DNA of 56,726 nucleotides, the filler included, from Bipalium vagum (lineage: Eukaryota), in assembly GCA_037834085.1 (NCBI GenBank). It is 3 parts of 3 records of this genome, joined end to end, with 100 filler letters (N's around TTAATTAATTAA, not from the genome) between each part and the next. Parts side by side here need not be neighbours in the genome. Positions count along the whole stretch, not along the records: positions 32,948 to 56,726 come from JBBMKC010206598.1; 2 more parts are not named here. One strand, given 5' to 3'. Shown here one piece after another: positions 51,881 through 56,726 of the stretch. Below the pieces are notes generated by a model. The model was not told the DNA's origin and did not search any database. It was given only the letters and a program-made list of their open reading frames with translations. Each line of letters opens with the position of its first letter. Positions within the stretch are counted from its first letter, which is position 1. The position numbers were made by a program, and so were the translations under genes.

Positions 51881-54199
51881 TATTATTTTCATGTAATGTA
51901 CATTATCAGTGTCTCATATAGTGTTAACATATTTGTAATCTCAATACAAATTAACTATTGGCTCACAATCCTCAAGGTCACCCTGAATTTTATTGAACTC
52001 GTGTAAATAATCCAACAGAGTTCAAAGGGTTCTGTTGACTGACAAGTATAGAGATCGCTGAATAAAGTGGAATATCAATTGAGACGGTGTTAATCGATTA
52101 AATGAAATCTTTCTGATAACATTTTTCCACAAAATGAGGTCTACGTTAAAGAAGATCACATTTTATGCAGAAATGCAATCATCTTTTGTAACACTGGTAA
52201 AATTACGGGACCCTTTTTTTATGCCGCCTGTGTTTTAATTTATGAAAAACTTACCTCATAACATTTCTAAAGATTTTTTTTGCACTCTCTTTTATTTTAG
52301 GATTCCATTAAAATATTTCTCGACAATATTCCCCAACATATTCGTCCAATCATTATCTGTATTCCATTATAATTTCGGCAATTTAATCACAACGACGACT
52401 AATGAAAGGGAAAAGTGATTGGGATAAATGTAAAATCCTTTCAGAGTCGGTGGCACGGCATCTATAAACAAGAAGCTCCTAATCACTGATCCCTTTTCCG
52501 ATACATTTAATCCTATTTTGTATATTTTCCATCGCCTTTGGGAAAAAGTCAATAGAAAAATTTATACTTGTGGCGATTTGGAATTTTAATTAAAATCCTT
52601 TTTTCAAGAAATTTTATATATTTTTCATAAATTTGGATTTCTGTTGGTCCTCGTCTCAGTTTGCTTTGATGATTTTCAAAAGCCCTTGACTTTCGGCAGC
52701 CCAAGTGTTCCACAATTTCTCCAGCTTAAATCTAATTAAGTAACATCTTACCAGGCATCTCTGGAACACTTTCCTCTTTTCTTTCGATGTGTTAAGGGGG
52801 CATTATGGAAAATAAATTAAAGCAAAATCCCACCAAATTTTCCCTAATTTACATTTGGCAAAGGAATAGTAAAAATTTTTTTGTAAATAAAAAATTTATG
52901 TTAAATATAATAATAATAATATTATTATTAGAATTATTATTTATTTTTATTACTATTACGTTGCTAAGCAAAAAATTGAATTTTTATATATTCAAATTTG
53001 ACAATTGATTTTTTGAAACATTTTCGTTTGAACGCATTAATTTATATAACATTTGAAAGCGCAGAAATTGCTTTACTTCTTCGTAGGATTTTCTTTACTA
53101 TTATTATTAATTTATATTTTATTTGTAGGTCTGATGTTAGAAAATGCCAATTACAGCCAACTGCACTGCACGAGTTTTAATTGGGCAATAATTCTGAGGA
53201 AACCGAATTAATTATCTTGGTTGAGACTGACGTATAACGGTTGGGAGCTTGCAAAAAAGGTAGGAGTCAATCACTCAAAAATTCTTTTCTTTTCCGTTAT
53301 CTGTCGATTTGTCAAGGGGGGCGTTACGAAAAATGATGATAAATTTAAGATTTTGTTAGAGACAATGACTGCGGAGCTTGAGTGATAGGCAAAAAGTAAG
53401 ACACCAAGATATTAATTTTTCTTAATCATGCAAGTTATATAAAACATTCTGTGACCTTTGAACCTATGATACGCTTGTATGGTACTCAAAATTACGAAAT
53501 GAAATTATGAAATGTTAGATGCGCTTGAGCCTCTTTAATCTTTTATCAGATAATTGATGTCAATTTTCGGTCCGTTTTTCACTTCGGATTTGGTTTAACA
53601 TTTTTCATAAAAAAATGGCGCCAATCTTGAAAAGATTACATGACTGACTTTTTGCAATTCCCCTATGTATACCATGTCTCTGATAAACTTTATTACTCTT
53701 ATTCCCTCACATTTATAAGAACGCCCTCTTAATACTTTCCATGCCAATATTTTGCTTAGACTATTTTTAAGAAACGTAACACTTAACAATATTCGGGATC
53801 AATTAATATTTGACCCAGAGGGATTTTTACTCATTTATCACCAGAGAAGGTTTGTAAAGCAAAATTTCTTAATTATTTTTTCAGGTTAACAAAAAGATTT
53901 TTGTGAAAAACTTTTGATTTAAATTAAAACAAAAAATTAATTAAACTATAATTAATTATAACAATTAATATTGATTTTTTCACATTGACTGTCGGACCAA
54001 TTATTAAGTTTATTTATTTTTCAGTTATATCTAAGCAAATGTTTTTCATAGAGAACTGCAAAATAAATTATGATCAGATGTTGTAACTTCTGCGAACAGA
54101 CATACAAAACCCACCACAACAAATCAATGATCTCAACTAATTGGACATGTCCTCCTTTCTTGGGTACGGTTGCGAGCATTGATCCTAACTCTCTTCTCA

Positions 54200-54470
54200 C
54201 TCTTGATAAGTTGAAATACAAGTCTCGTTTGATTTATCACGAGAGTACGAGAAATCACGAAATAGCAACCTATTCCTGAACTTGCCAAAATTCTCAATGT
54301 TCAACCTACAACCATTGAAATCAGTATTATCATATTGGTAAAGTATGGAAGCATGATCTCTATGTTACATTTAAATTGAGAGACAGGAACAAACCTCACC
54401 AGTCCTGGTCCCTAATAGCTCATTATAGCAAAATATCGACAAATGACATTCTTTCCTAGTAACCGACGTG
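54200..54470 (+). mobile_element. mariner relic
   Basis: PELAKILNVQPTTI and IGKVWK. Confidence 0.55.
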
Positions 54471-54989
54471 TTTATATATATTCAAGGACCTTTTAGTATT
54501 ACTAAATGTTACTTAGAATAAAAGAGTTTTCACCACAGTTTCTTTATTAATTCAGACCTAAGAAATCCATTTATTAATATTGGTAAAGAATTTTGTATTT
54601 ACTCTTATTAATGTTAAATGATCAATTATTAGAAGGGTCAATCGATTTTAACTTTAATATCCATAAAAGTATTTTCCTTCGTTAAAAATTACTTTGTTCC
54701 ATAAATCTAGCGACACTTTTATTTAGAGTTGAACTCCAATTATACACAAAATTTTGAACATTTTAGTACGAATTGAATTGCTTATCATCCAAAGAATGTG
54801 CCATTGACCTGAATAAATGAAAATCTGTTGAACCTATGTTTGTGGGATTTCCTATTACACAGAATGACTTTGCGTATATTACTGGTTATTTCACGTCTTG
54901 TTTTAGTCAATTAAATAGTTAATTAATGTACCTGGTGTTAATTAATATATATCATATCTATACATGTTATCTTAGTTATGTAAGAGCAA

Positions 54990-55560
54990 AAAAATTCAAC
55001 TTAAAAAATATATTTGGCCGTTAACCAAAGGAGATTCTTTTTAGTTTTCCTTCGATTTCATAAGTTAATGATTTGTAACACCTTTGATATCCACTAAAAA
55101 CAAATCATGACTTTCAAATCGTAGTTATTGCGCTTTACAGTGGACGTTGATGTCTGTGCTATGTAATATTCAAATAAATCCATTTTTCAACAATTTCCCA
55201 TTAAAACGTTGTTTACTCTGCCTGGCAGGTAAAGATGAACTATGCTTAAACGATTCCAAAAAAACTTTCACTCAAATTATGAGGGACTCATTTTACACCC
55301 TTCTCAATTTTTTCTACAACATGTAACCGTTTGGGAATTGTCAATCTATGTGTGTTTAGTGTCAAAGACAACTGCTTCGCAATTTGAATGTTGTTGTCAT
55401 TCGACAAATCTTGCAATTCAATGTTTTGGCTGATCTTGTCTTTCTTTATCATTCAAATCGAAGACATTGGCTGGTAAAATCAGTTAAAACATCAAGTAAT
55501 TCTTGCTTCTTTCTGCAAAAATCAATCATTGATGTGTCAAAAAAAATGTTTTTTTATAAT
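54990..55560 (-). mobile_element. mariner relic (Mos1-like)
   Basis: QIAKQLSLTLN..TIPKRLHVVEKIEKGVK*VPHNLSE. Confidence 0.65.
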
Positions 55561-56726
55561 AAACGTGAAACCCAAACAGGGTATCTATTTTCCATTTCAA
55601 ATAATCTTAAATGGTTACCAACGTTGATATATTCTACGTCTAAAGAACTCCAATTTTCATTTTGTTAAATTTCAATTAGTCCATTGTGTGAATATGAGCC
55701 GTCTATGGCTGCTCGAAAGAATTAAGTTTCTAAAGACTGATATCACGAGCTCAATATTTTGTAAGTTATACTCGGGAATTTCATTCTTTAACTGTATCGT
55801 TTTCGTGACTATTGTATATTTTAAATCAGTTCTGGAGACTGATTTTCAAATGTATCTCGCAAAATTGATGCAACAAAACAAATTAAAATTTGTCCATAGT
55901 ATGTACCAAAGGGAATTTCATTACTGCCTTTTATAAGAAATAAAAACTTTTTGGATTATCTAATATTTGTAAATAATAAAAATCAGATTAGCACAATATT
56001 GATTAAAAAGATTCAATCAATATTGAACCCAATTGTTTATGATAGAATAATAATGTATAAATACAGGCAACCATCTGTTAGTTTGCTGATTCTAAAGCTT
56101 GTGACCTTTGAAATATTCCACTTTTGGGTTTACGTAATAGCTTTATATGATAAAAAAAATTGTTTACCTAATCAATAACTTTCATATTTTTATGAATATA
56201 GGGCCAAGTACCTTACAGGTCAATTGATTATCTAAATAGAAATCCGAGAATAAGCCATGCAAGATTTGCTCAAAAATAAGAAACAGATAATTAGAAGATT
56301 TATTAAAAATCTCTTTGATTCTAAAGATGTAATATTTGAGGTCTGTCCAAGACATAATTCAATTATAAACACTTATCACTCCTTCACATATCCAATAATT
56401 GATTTAAAATTTCTTGAATTTATTAATTCGATAGAAAACCACGATGAGTTTTATTCTGATAAAATTTTCTTGCTAAAGCAAATGAGATTGCAACTGTTCA
56501 CAATATTTGCAGTACGTGGAAAACTTTAGAGAGTTGACTGTAAATAACTACTGCTCACTATACGAAAGAAACAACCGATATGTTGCAGCACCATAACATT
56601 ACTTATGTTGAAAAATTGGAAAATCCACCAAACCTTCCACAATGTAGGTCGATCGAAAACTTTTGGTCATTTCTTAAATCTCTTGTATATAGCGATGGGT
56701 GGGAAGCCAAAAACATTGATCAACTC

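Noticed and set aside
52250-52800. Minus-strand exon-like region with GTAAG donors
   Set aside because: Multiple stops in all frames and no family recognised.
55688-56529. Run of short plus-strand ORFs
   Set aside because: No motifs or splice-consistent model.

Overview
Very AT-rich, intron-containing animal genomic scaffold with N-gaps and two artificial 100-bp contig spacers. Short 44-53 nt introns, (ATT)n microsatellites and dense mariner decay are consistent with a freshwater planarian, but that is inference. Host genes: the first four exons of PIBF1/CEP90 (minus strand, runs off the window start), a divergent signal-peptide ORF, a candidate small three-exon orphan gene, an NDNF/nord-like secreted FN3 gene (minus) and the first two exons of a VAP-type MSP-domain gene (plus) lying in its probable large intron. 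Mobile DNA: a ~5.5 kb decayed Polinton/Maverick (adintovirus-like) segment with integrase, Gly-rich virion protein, cysteine protease and penton; a tRNA-head + RLE-LINE-tail fragment abutting it; a Gypsy-like 5' end (tRNA-Trp PBS, gag) fused in frame to an IS630/Tc1 transposase; many Tc1/mariner relics (DD34D, DD34E, DD37D, DD37E, DD41D, pogo/Tigger) and MITEs. Most notable: recurrent GC-rich triloop palindromes inside Polinton genes, and a cluster of RFX X-boxes plus duplicated E2F sites upstream of PIBF1. All protein identities come from manual translation and recalled motifs, not database searches.
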